DNA of 64,000 nucleotides, from NCBI GenBank assembly GCA_964016885.1, contig OZ024744.1, positions 186,001 through 250,000 of the forward strand, given 5' to 3'. The translations under genes were made by a program, and so were the position numbers. Positions 53,301-64,000 of this stretch are shown here, piece by piece (position 1 is the stretch's first letter; every line of letters starts with the position of its first letter). The notes beneath the pieces were generated by a model that was given only the letters and a program-made list of their open reading frames with translations, made no database searches and was not told the origin of the DNA. This stretch comes from Eledone cirrhosa. Lineage: Eukaryota.

Positions 53301-56300
53301 TTATCCCCCTTGTTCGGATCCTTTCTCAGCAGCGCCACAGCTCCTCGGCTCACAGAGCTGGGAATTCTCCTGTTCTGTTGCCAGTTGCAGTAGACGTCCG
53401 CCAAGAGGCCTACGGAACAAGTTTGGCATCTTACGTAAAGTTCATAGAGCAGACCATCCAAACCAGGCGATTTACCCCTTGTGCAGCCAGTCATTGCCTC
53501 CCGTACTTCAGCGGCTCTTATCGGCTTTTCGCAACACTCCGTCTCAGTGACCGAGAGCCGCGGCAGTCCGTCGAGGTAGACACTAAAGTCCATCCCTCGA
53601 TTGGACCCGCCGCTGCCCCCGAACAGCTGTGCAAAGTGTCGCTGAAAAGCTTCACACATTTGCCCGGCATCGATTAGCATGCGTTCGTCGTGGTCCACCA
53701 AAGACCGGATCGTGGCCTTGTTGCCACGACGCGCCTAACCCACTCGGGCCCATTGAACGGCTTTCGTCGCCTTGTGTCTGAGAGCACGCACCCTAGCCCT
53801 GACAACGCAGCCTTCGTGTTTTGCATTGATGAATTGTTCAAGGGCCAATTTCGCCGCAAGTACATCGGTCGCGATGCCTTTGCTAAGCGCCTCGTCTAAT
53901 TTTCTAACTAGTTCTCCCACTGCTCTATATTTCTCTATTGCTAAAACCTTACTAAACCTAATGGACTTTTCAGAGCAAAAAAACACTTGTTGTTGACGAT
54001 GGCCCCCGTCAACGCCCGCTTAACTTGTTCGCTAATCCGGTCTCTGTAGGCCTTGGGCGTTGGTAAGGACGCGTTTAGCTTCCAGTAGCCGGGTCCTCGT
54101 CTATGAAGCCTATCTAAGTCAAGCACACAGATCAAAATGTGTGGTCCGTGTAGCTGACTATCTTGAATTGTGGACAGCCTATGCTAGACCTATCTAATTC
54201 CCTATGAAGTGCTCTCTCTAGATATGATCTGGATGACCCTATGCGATTTGTCCAAGTTCACATTGGCACATTCGGGAAATCCAATCGGTACCTGTCAGAC
54301 AGTTCAAAACGCCTGAGCAGGTTGGTGAAGCTCTTGCACCCTCCTCCCCTATCCGCTAATCCCACACAGTCCCAACGTGCATCTGAGATCCCGTTCCAGT
54401 CGCCCACTAACACTAAAGAGCGGGACGTTCCAAGAAAGGTCTCCAGGCGCCGGAAGATATCAGGTCGCCCTGCTCCTGCCGGGGCATAGACGGCCACTAG
54501 CCTGAAAGCTTGCCCGTCTCCGCTGGTCAGGTCCAGCACCACCAACTTACCTCTGGGTCCAGGAAGATGGCCCGTATGGCGAGATCCAAACCTCTCCGAA
54601 AAAGCACAGCAACTCCTTCCCCCAATCCAGGACGGCTGGGAGATGCGTACACATTGTAGCCGCCAAAGATCGGTGCGAAAGCCCGTGCTTCGGAGATACT
54701 GGTTTCGCTGATGGCCACTACATCTATGTTTAGTGACCTGAGGTCATTGGGCAGGTGGCCCTGCTTCCATGACAACCCCAAGCCACGCGCATTTATGCTG
54801 CCTATTCTGAGTGAGGTCATGTTGAAATAGAGTGGAAAAGACGGCAAAGACCACTTGCGTTACTTCTCGTAGAGGAAGGATGGTTTCTCCATCCTTTTCA
54901 CTTCTTCTGGCCTCCCCGGAAGGATGTCCTTATAAATCCTCCTGGAGAGTGCTTGTCGGAAGTCTACGAATTCTTTGGGTATTTTTGCTTTAGTGTCGTG
55001 TACGTTTTCTGTGTGATGCGAGTGATTTGTATGTGTGGAGGAGGTGTTAAATTTTGGGTTGTTGTGTAGTATTTTTCTGTGATGCTGGTGTTGTGTTGGA
55101 TGTAGTGTAATAATTGTTTGTTCAAATTTAATGCTGTGTAGTGTGTATCGTTTTGGTTGTTTTGTTCTGTTTGCGTTTGTTGTGGGTTTGTTTCTGTTTC
55201 GCTTTTTGGTGACTTTTGAGGTGTTGGTGATGGTGGTGTTGGGGATAATGATGGTGATGGTGTTGATGTTTATGGTGATGGGGTTGGTGATGCTGGTGTG
55301 GATGGTGAAATATCTGTCCTAACCTTTTTGTTTGATAGTTTATTTGTTTCCCTCTGTATTTTGTTTTTGGAGGGGGAAGGAAGAGGATTTTTTTTCTTTT
55401 TGGGTTTCTTTTTCTTTTTTTCTTTTGTCCTGATACCGTTTCCCACTCCTCGTCGTCACAATCTGTTTCCAGTTGCGATAGATCGGGGAGTGAAAAATCC
55501 TCCACAGGCGTTGGTTTTGGTTGTGGCGTGGTGGATGGTGTAGGCGCTGGTGCTAGTTCTGAAGCGTTGGGTGGTGGTGCTGTTGGTTTTGCTACTGTTG
55601 CTGGAGTTGTTGTTGTTACAGTTGCTTCTGTTGTTGCTGCTACAGTTGTTGCTGCCATTTCTGCTGATGGTAGTGTTGATGGTTGAGTCACTGGTGTGGG
55701 TAAGAGAGGTGGCCTCAACCTTTTAGCCTGAGGGCAGAAAGCCCATAGGTGGGTTCCTTCTCCAAACGACACACCTAGGCCTTCTGCCCTCGACGATTAC
55801 GGGGAGGTGGCTGTGTCAGTGAGGTCTATTACCTCTGGGATCTCCTCAATGCTTCTTTGGTCCGCTTGGACCAGGAGCTCCATCCCAGATCCGGACCAGT
55901 TCTCCTGCTTTTCTTTCGCTATTTCGATTATCTTGGTGTTGGCCTCGATGCCGGGGAGGACGGCAGCCATTAGCCAGGGAATTTCGATGGCCGGTGGAAT
56001 GTGGGTCACCCTGATCTTTAAGAGTCTCTGGTCACAATAGTTTGGGACGAGTGTGAAGTCGTCACTTCTTAATGGGGCCATGGAGTGTTCTCTGGCCTCC
56101 TGTGGCTTTTCAAAGAACACGTCCATGGTTCCATATTTCTGCCCACGTCTGATGTGGGTTTTTTTACCCACACATGTCCCAAAGCTTTTTGGATTCGGGA
56201 CTCGGATGCCAGTTCCACTCGGCGCGATTTTATGTTAATCGTCCGATAAGACACGGTGCATAGGCGCCGATGCTCCATTTTATTAGGTGGGGGTGGGGCT

Positions 56301-57005
56301 TATCCTGTACCCATCTTTCTTTACCATTCTTTTGGCTTCTTCTAATTCCTCTTGAGTTACCTGGATTGCTTCGCACTTTTTTGCTACTCTGGCAAAAGAC
56401 AGGGTTTTCTTATTCTCATTGTTGCTGCTGTTGTTATCGTTATTTTTGTTATTGTTAATTTTAGTTTCAGTTGTGGTGGTGGTGGCGTCAGTGGTGTTCG
56501 GTGTGGAAGAGTTCATTTTGGGTGAATTCATTTCGATATCACGAGATAATTTATTTTTTTCTTTTTGTTTCTGTTGTCGCTGTGGTGGTGGTCGCGATGG
56601 CGGCTGCAACACCTGCAGTCATTGGTAATGGCGGGAAATGAATGTATGCCTGAGACAAATTTAAAATATTGCTACTGCTTATATTTTTAGTGTTGGCAAA
56701 CGTAATAATATTTACAATGGTGGTGTCGGTGTGAGGTGTTAGTTTGTGAGGAAGGCTCTCAGCTACTGGGTTCAACTGTGAGTCGGCCATGATTTTTCAA
56801 AGAAATGTGGTTTTTTTTATATTTATAAAAGGTTAAATATTGGACTCAAGGCCCCAATTGTTTTGAGAGTCCATTTCGGAAAACAATGTATGTGCACTTA
56901 TGTACAATTAACAATACAAATTTTCCATAAATGGCAATTTTAAACAACTGAAATTAACAAACCTTTGCCGAGCTCACGATAATACGATTTACTACGTAGG
57001 TCGCC
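53301..57005 (-). mobile_element. Tx1/L1-clade LINE with 5' end, ORF1 and APE endonuclease; RT and 3' half missing
   Basis: ORF1 remnants span 56790-54860 (LSFARV, degenerate knuckle THLWAFCP, Pro/Thr-rich tail). ORF2 has MTSLRIGSINARGL, DVVAISET, VYAP, LVGDWN, GPGYWKLNASL, KSPGLDGL and breaks at LLRKDPNKGD. The 5' end abuts (AAT)n. Confidence 0.92.
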
Positions 57006-57039
<34 letters not shown>

Positions 57040-57799
57040 GGGAAGAACACGCACATGGTGGGTATATATCATTATGGAATCGCTCCCGTAAGTTTTTGAT
57101 TTTTACTTATTTAAAACAACTGTGATAGAATAATTCTTATTACAAATGACGTATAAGATTACAGTTTTGACTCTCAGCAAGCGACAACGCATCACGTTAC
57201 GGCATAGGGCCCCAATATTTAATATTTAATTTTGGATCAGAAATGTTATAGTCGAAAAGGAGAAAAATGGCTAAGTGAACAGGTAATAATTTCACCACCA
57301 ACACCACTACCACGCCAAAACCTCTAGTCAAGTTACCTCAACTTCTATTTCTACTTCAACTTCAACACCATCACTACAGTACTACGATCACATCACCACC
57401 ACCACTATCTCATTATCGCTACAGCCGCTATTCTCTCCCACTACCTCCTGCTAAGACAGGCATCGTAGTATTCCCACTAAAAGAGGAAGGCATCAAAAGA
57501 TATAAATAGACTGATTTGATGACCCGGTCAAAACATTAAAAAACCAAAAATCAAAATCAAAACAGCACAGCAGCAACGAAAAAGGTAAAGAAAAGAAAAA
57601 AGAAAAGAAAAACAAACAGACAGACAGACAATAAAAAAAAACTAAGTCAGACATTCAAACAATACATTACAATGAAACTTATGCTTATTCTTTTTTGGGG
57701 AATTTTTACCTATTTGTTTGTTTGTTTATTTATGTTCGTCTACAGCGTGATAGTGCCACACTAAAATCACCGGTGGTGATGAAATCACCGGTGGTTATG

Positions 57800-60700
57800 T
57801 AACCATACATTCACCAATCCTCGATAAGAGTGTTTAAATGTCGAACATAAACAGTTCGAATAACGGTGAAGTGGAGACTGGAATGACATGTGACAGACTC
57901 TCACCCAGCAGGTGCTCCCTGGCTAAGCAGCAAGGACCTGGCTGTCAACCAAATACTGTTGGTGTCGGAGGAAGATAAAGACAGAAAGCGACAAGAACCA
58001 ACTGGACGAAATAATTGAATAGAACTGTTATGCAATGTTACCTGAAGCGTAACCCCAAGGAAAAAGGCTATAGGAAACGGATGCATAACATCTAGAACGA
58101 GATTGGTCTATTTAAATTAGATGAACAAAAATTGGCCCGGCAGGCTCGGGTAATAGGAAGTAATGTGTGGATAAGCGAGCTGGAACTGGAGGAACTGAGC
58201 AGAGGGATTAGGTTGGAAATAGAGATTGGAGTATGCCAGGCAAACGAGCCAGTGGGAAATGAAGGTGAAGAGGTTGAGAGAACGAAGGAACCATCCAAAC
58301 CAGACAATGATCTGAATGCTGAAATAAAAAATACCTGGAACAAAGATACGGCTATTAAGGAGATGAATGCTGACGGGCTAGGACAAGATTTGGTTGATAT
58401 CCTAAACTTAGGGGTAGATGAAATGAACAATGATAGTGGGAAACCTATGGACCTAAGATTTGTAGACAGGAAAACGTTAAAAGAAACAACAGCTAAGGTA
58501 AACAATGTCATCCCATACCTTGAGGCGAGGAGCCTTCACCAGTGCAACAATATCCTCAAAGCAACAGCAAATGCGGTGAGGAAATGACTTGGCATAAAAG
58601 CGAGAGGAAACAAAAAACAGGAAAGATCAGAACCTTGGTGGAAGAAACGACTGAATGGTCAAATCAAGGAAATGAGAAAAGACATTGGAAAGCTTGTGTC
58701 CCTACTGAATGGGACACTATAAAATATAGACACTAAAAATAGACTGGAAATAAAGTACAAAATTAGGAGGAAAAAGCTAAATATTATCATAGAGGAACTG
58801 AAGCAATGCATTGTAGCAAAGAGTGCAAAGATTAGGCGGTATGAGAGCAGAGTCAGTCAGTATAGACAGAACCGCATGTTTGATAACAACCAGAAGATGT
58901 TGTTTGGACAGCTTGAAGGGAAAGAAAGAGGCAACGACTTGATCCCTGAAGCGGAACAGAATGAGACATTCTGGAGAGGAATATGGGAGAAGGATGTTGG
59001 ACATAATGATCAGGCAGTGTGGATTGAGACAGTATAAAAGGAGATTAATGAACAAGCACACCAACAAACTGATTTAAGTATCACAGTTGAAATTCTTAAA
59101 GGGCAGGCCAGAAAACTAACCAACTGGAAATCACCAGGCCCAGATGGTGTGCAGGGGTATTGGATTAAAAATATAACATCCTTCCACCCGAAACTGACAA
59201 CCATGTTCAATGACTGCTTAATGTCAGCTGAGGTAGCAGAGTGGTTGACAAAAGGTACCACAGTTCTGGTAGTGAAAGACCGAATCAAGGATAATGATGT
59301 TACCAACTATAGACCTATCACATGTCTGTTCGTAATGTGGAAACTGTTAACAAGCATTATGTCTGAGGAAATCTACCATCACCTCCACATAAACAACTTG
59401 TTACAGGACGAACAGAAAGGATGCCGAAAGAAGTCCCGCGATACAAAAGACCAGTTACTTATTGATAAGATGGTAATAAGGAATTGCAAGAGGAGACACA
59501 CTGATCTTGCCATGGGATGGATAGATTACAATAACCAAAAGCCTAGAGATCTTCAAGGTGGCAGATAACATCAGACAGTTGTTGAGCAAACGTATGAAGT
59601 CCTGGGAAACAGAGTTAACGGGTGCAGAATCATTGGGAGGCGTGAACATCAAGAGAGGTATCTTCCAGGGAGATAGTTTGTCCTCTCTGTTGTTTGTCTT
59701 GCCCTCATACCCCTGACCATTATACTACGAAAAGGAAGAGCAGGATACAAGTTGGGAAAAGGAGAGCTTACCATCAACTACCTCCTCTTCATGGACGATC
59801 TTAAACTCTTTGGGAAGAGTGAGAAGGAGTTGGGTGTGCTTGTTGACACTGTCTGTATTTTCAGAAATGATATATGTATGCAATTTGGTATTAATAAGGG
59901 TGGAGTCCTAGTGATGAAGAGAAGTAAATTGAGTGAAGCAACGGAATCCAGGTACCAACAGGTGAGATGATAAAGGAAATTGACACTGAAGAAGGATACA
60001 CATATTTAGGTGTTCTGGAGGCAGATGACATCAAGAACAAAGCAATGAAGGAATTGATAAGATCTGAGTACATTAGGAGAGTAAGGAGCGTATTAAAATC
60101 AAATCTAAATAGTAGGAATGTCATAACTGCGGTAAATTCCCGAGCTGTGTCTATTATTAGGTACAGTGCGGGAATTCTGAAATGGAATGTTGCTGAACAA
60201 AAAGAAATGGATAGGAAGACTAGGAAGCTATTGACTATCTACAACATGTTCCACAAGAGGAGTGATGTCGATAGACTCTACTTAAGGAGATATGAAGGTG
60301 GAAGTGGTCTTATCAGCATAGAGGACTGTGTTCAGATGGAGAAAACAACCTGTACAAATACGTGACTGACAGTAGGGAGCCAATGCTCAGAATTGTACTG
60401 ATGGAGAGGACAATAAATAGACCAGGAGATGTCCAAGGAGGAAATAACAACAAGGAGAAAGAGCAACCTTCATGAAAAATCCCTTCGTAGTACCTTCTTT
60501 GAGAAAACTGAATTTAGAGATCCACAGACATGGAACCCCGTTTTTTGGAACACTTCAAAAGGCATGCTTGCTGGGAACAGCAAGAGCCCTCCGATACGTC
60601 CTGAATATCTGAGGCTGCAGGTAGCGGCTTGATATTCATTTCAACAAACTTTCCAGTTAAATAACATCAACGACTGAGACTCAAAGAATAATAATAATAA
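57800..60700 (+). mobile_element. R4/Dong-clade-like non-LTR retrotransposon, disrupted and internally deleted
   Basis: EPWWKKRL, NWKSPGPDGVQGYWIK, NYRPITCL, EQKGCRK, KDQLLIDK, GIFQGDSLS, FMDDLKL, YTYLG, DVDRLY, C-terminal KACLLGTARALRYVLNI. Ends in (TAA)n. The CCHC/RLE segment is missing near 60535. Confidence 0.88.
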
Positions 60701-60859
60701 TTATTATTATTATTATTATTTGTGTGGAAGTATACACGTTGCAGGAAATTTTGCTCCCTGAAGTTTGTGATTGTTGAACAATTATTATTGTGAACTCATT
60801 GTAAAAATGTATACTGTTTTGAGTTTAAACACACTCCACTTGTCTTGAGGTAGACGAAA

Positions 60860-60929
60860 TTTGTCGGTATTTAGCCCTTCGGGGCTAAATTCGAATTTGA
60901 ACTTTGCATTTGGCAAATATGCCGACAAA
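60860..60929 (+). other. 70-nt four-way-junction fold with cUUCGg tetraloop followed by an A-run
   Basis: Outer stem tttgtcggtat/atgccgacaaa encloses ttagccc-TTCG-gggctaa, ttcg-aatt-tgaa and tttgc-atttg-gcaaa. Confidence 0.45.
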
Positions 60930-60967
60930 AAAAAGAAAAAATGGCATCAATTAAAAAATCTGTTTCT

Positions 60968-63900
60968 TTACCTTGTCTTCCCCAAAATCTTCGTTCTTCA
61001 CCAAGCTATCTTTCTCTACCTTGGCTTCCCTTAAAACTTCGTTCTTCACCAAGCTATCTTTCTCTACCTTGTCTTCCCTCAAAACTTCGTTCTTCACCAA
61101 GCTATCTTTCTCTACCTTGTCTTCCCTCAAAACTTCGTTCTTCACCAAGCTTTCTTTCTCTACCTTGTCTTCCCTCAAAACTTCGTTCTTCACCAAGCTA
61201 ACTTTCTCTACCTTGTCTTCCCTCAAAACATCGTTCTTCATCAAGCTATCTTTCTCTACCTTGTCTTCCCTCAAAACTTCGTTCTTCACCAAGCTATCTT
61301 TCTCTACCTTGTCTTCCCTCAAAACTTCGTTCTTCACCAAGCTATCTTTCTCTACCTTGTCTTCCCTCAAAACTTCGTTCTTCACCAAGCTATCTTTCTC
61401 TACCTTTTTTTCCCCCAAAACTTCGTTCTTCACCAAACTATCTTTCTCTACCTTGTCTTCCCTCAAAACTTCGTTCTTCACCAAGCTATCGTTTTCTACC
61501 TTGTCTTCCCTCAAAACTCCGTTCTTCATCAAGCTATCGTTCTCTACTTTGTCTTCCCTCAAAACGTCGTTCTTCACCAAGCTATCTTTCTCTACCTTGT
61601 CTTCCCTCAAAACTTCGTTCTTCATCAAGCTATCTTTCTCTACCTTGTCTTCCCTCAACACTTCGTTCGTTCTTCACCAAGCTATCTTTCTCTACCTTGT
61701 CTTCCCCCAAAACTACGTTCTTCACAAGCTATCTTTCTCTACCTTGTCTTCCCTCAAAACTTCGTTCTTCACCAAGCTATCTTTCTCTACCTTGTCTTCC
61801 CTCAAAATTTCGTTCTTCACCAAGCTATCTTTCTCTACCTTGTCTTCCCTCAAAACTTCGTTCTTCACCAAGCTATCTTTCTCTACCTTGTCTTCCCTCA
61901 AAACTTCGTTCTTCACCAAGCTAACTTTCTCTACCTTGTCTTCCCTCAAAACTTCGTTCTTCATCAAGCTATCTTTCTCTACCTTGTCTTCCCTCAAAAC
62001 TTCGTTCTTCACCAAGCTATCTTTCTCTACCTTGTCTTCCCTCAAAACTTCGTTCTTCACCAAGCTATCTTTCTCTACCTTGTCTTCCCTCAAAACTTCG
62101 TTCTTCACCAAGCTAACTTTCTCTACCTTGTCTTCGCTCAAAACTTCGTTCTTCATCAAGCTATCTTTCTCTACCTTGTCTTCCCTCAAAACTTCGTTCT
62201 TCACCAAGCTATATTTCTCTACCTTTTTTTCCCCCAAAACTTCGTTCTTCACCAAACTATCTTTCTCTACCTTGTCTTCCCTCAAAACTTCGTTCTTCAC
62301 CAAGCTATCTTTCTCTACCTTGTCTTCCCTCAAAACTCCGTTCTTCATCAAGCTATCGTTCTCTACTTTGTCTTCCCTCAAAACGTCGTTCTTCACCAAG
62401 CTATCTTTCTCTACCTTGTCTTCCCTCAAAACGTCGTTCGTTCTTCTCCAAGCTATCTTTCTTTACCTTGTCTTCCCCCAAAACTTCGTTCTTCACAAGC
62501 TATCCTTCTCTACCTTGTCTTCCCTCAAAACTTCGTTCTTGATCAAGCTATCTTTCTCTACCTTGTCTTCCCTCAAAACTTCGTTCTTCATCAAGCTATC
62601 TTTCTCTACCTTGTCTTCCCTCAAAACTTCGTTCTTCACCAAGATATCTTTCTCTACCTTGTCTTCCCTCAAAACTTCGTTCTTCACCAAGCTATCTTAC
62701 TCTACCTTGTCTTCCCTCAAAACTACGTTCTTCACCAAGCTAACTTTCTCTACCTTGTCTTCCCTCAAAACTTCGTTCTTCATCAAGCTATCTTTCTCTA
62801 CCTTGTCTTCCCTCAAAACTTCGTTCTTCACCAAGCTATCTTTCTCTACCTTGTCTTCCCTCAAAACTTCGTTCTTCACCAAGCTATCTTTCTCTACCTT
62901 TTTTCCCCCCAAAACTTCGTTCTTCACCAAACTATCTTTCTCTACCTTGTCTTCCCTCAAAACTTCGTTCTTCACCAAGCTATCTTTCTCTACCTTGTCT
63001 TCCCTCAAAACTCCGTTCTTCATCAAGCTATCGTTCTCTACTTTGTCTTCCCTCAAAAGTCGTTCTTCACCTAGCTATCTTTCTCTACCTTGTCTTCCCT
63101 CAAAACGTCGTTCGTTCTTCACCAAGCTATCTTTCTCTACCTTGTCTTCCCCCAAAACTTCGTTCTTCACAAGCTATCCTTCTCTACCTTGTCTTCCCTC
63201 AAAACTTCGTTCTTGATCAAGCTATCTTTCTCTACCGTGTCTTCCCTCAAAACTTTGTTCTTCACCAAGCTATCTTTCTCTACCTTGTCTTCCCTCAAAA
63301 CTTCGTTCTTCACCAAGCTATCTTTCTCTTCCTTGTCTTCCCTCAAAACTTCGTTCTTCACCAAGCTATCTTTCTCTACCTTGTCTTCCCCCAAAACATC
63401 GTTCTTCACCAAGCTATCTTTCTTCACCTTGTCTTCCCTCAAAACTTCGTTATTCACCAAGCTATCTTTCTCTACCTTGTCTCCCCTCAAAACTCCGTTC
63501 TTCATCAAGCTATGGTTCTCTACTTTGTCTTCCCTCAAAACGTCGTTCTTCACCAAGCTATCTTTCTCTACCTTGTCTTCCCTCAACACTTCGTTCGTTC
63601 TTCACCAAGCTATCTTTCTCTACCTTGTCTTCCGCCAAAACTACGTTCTTCACAAGCTATCTTTCTCTACCTTGTCTTCCCTCAAAACTTCGTTCTTCAC
63701 CAAGCTATCTTTCTCTACCTTGTCTTCCCTCAAAATTTCGTTCTTCACCAAGCTATCTTTCTCTACCTTGTCTTCCCTCAAAACTTCGTTCTTCACCAAG
63801 CTATCTTTCTCTACCTTGTCTTCCCTCAAAACTTCGTTCTTCACCAAGCTAACTTTCTCTACCTTGTCTTCCCTCAAAACTTCGTTCTTCATCAAGCTAT

Positions 63901-64000
63901 CTTTCTCTACCTTGTCTTCCCTCAAAACTTCGTTCTTCACCAAGCTATCTTTCTCTACCTTGTCTTCCCTCAAAACTTCGTTCTTCACCAAGCTATCTTT
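60968..64000. repeat. 48-bp minisatellite (over 60 copies) with higher-order structure; minus frame reads LREDKVEKDSLVKNEV
   Basis: Unit caccaagctatctttctctaccttgtcttccctcaaaacttcgttctt, running off the right edge. Confidence 0.95.

Noticed and set aside
60973-63216. 747-aa plus-strand ORF (SFFTKLSFSTLSSLKT)n as a real protein
   Set aside because: Non-ATG start; most simply the stop-free antisense shadow of the 48-bp repeat.
60968-64000. CRISPR-like array
   Set aside because: Contiguous repeats without unique spacers, no cas genes, eukaryotic context.

Overview
Repeat-dense, AT-rich animal genomic DNA. The tRNA-head SINEs and (TA)n/(CA)n content suggest an octopus/cephalopod origin, which is an inference. 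Most ORFs in the supplied track are microsatellite artefacts. Main hidden signal: the complex tandem array at 1-29 kb carries on the minus strand at least 27 copies of a 60-nt and 7 intact copies of a 66-nt exon-like cassette. All have polypyrimidine-AG/GT(A/T)GT sites, are phase 1-1 and are stop-free, even in the most diverged copies. An Arg-rich ATG-initiated exon at 34429-34204 ends in a phase-1 donor with the same GTAAGTTATAATT context. Together they form a candidate gene that grows by tandem exon amplification. The window also holds three type I hammerhead ribozymes (925-1005 minus, 1591-1671 plus, 29285-29360 plus) and four Penelope-like RT/GIY-YIG remnants. A (TA)n site in the array unit repeatedly traps insertions. 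A 630-bp satellite (43.3-53.3 kb) has a diverged relative inserted at 12.2 kb, and the comparison suggests a decayed coding frame. Also present: decayed CRE-, Tx1/L1- and R4/Dong-type non-LTR retrotransposons, a (GGT)n tract, a small four-way-junction hairpin and a 48-bp minisatellite. All alignments, translations and folds were done by eye.
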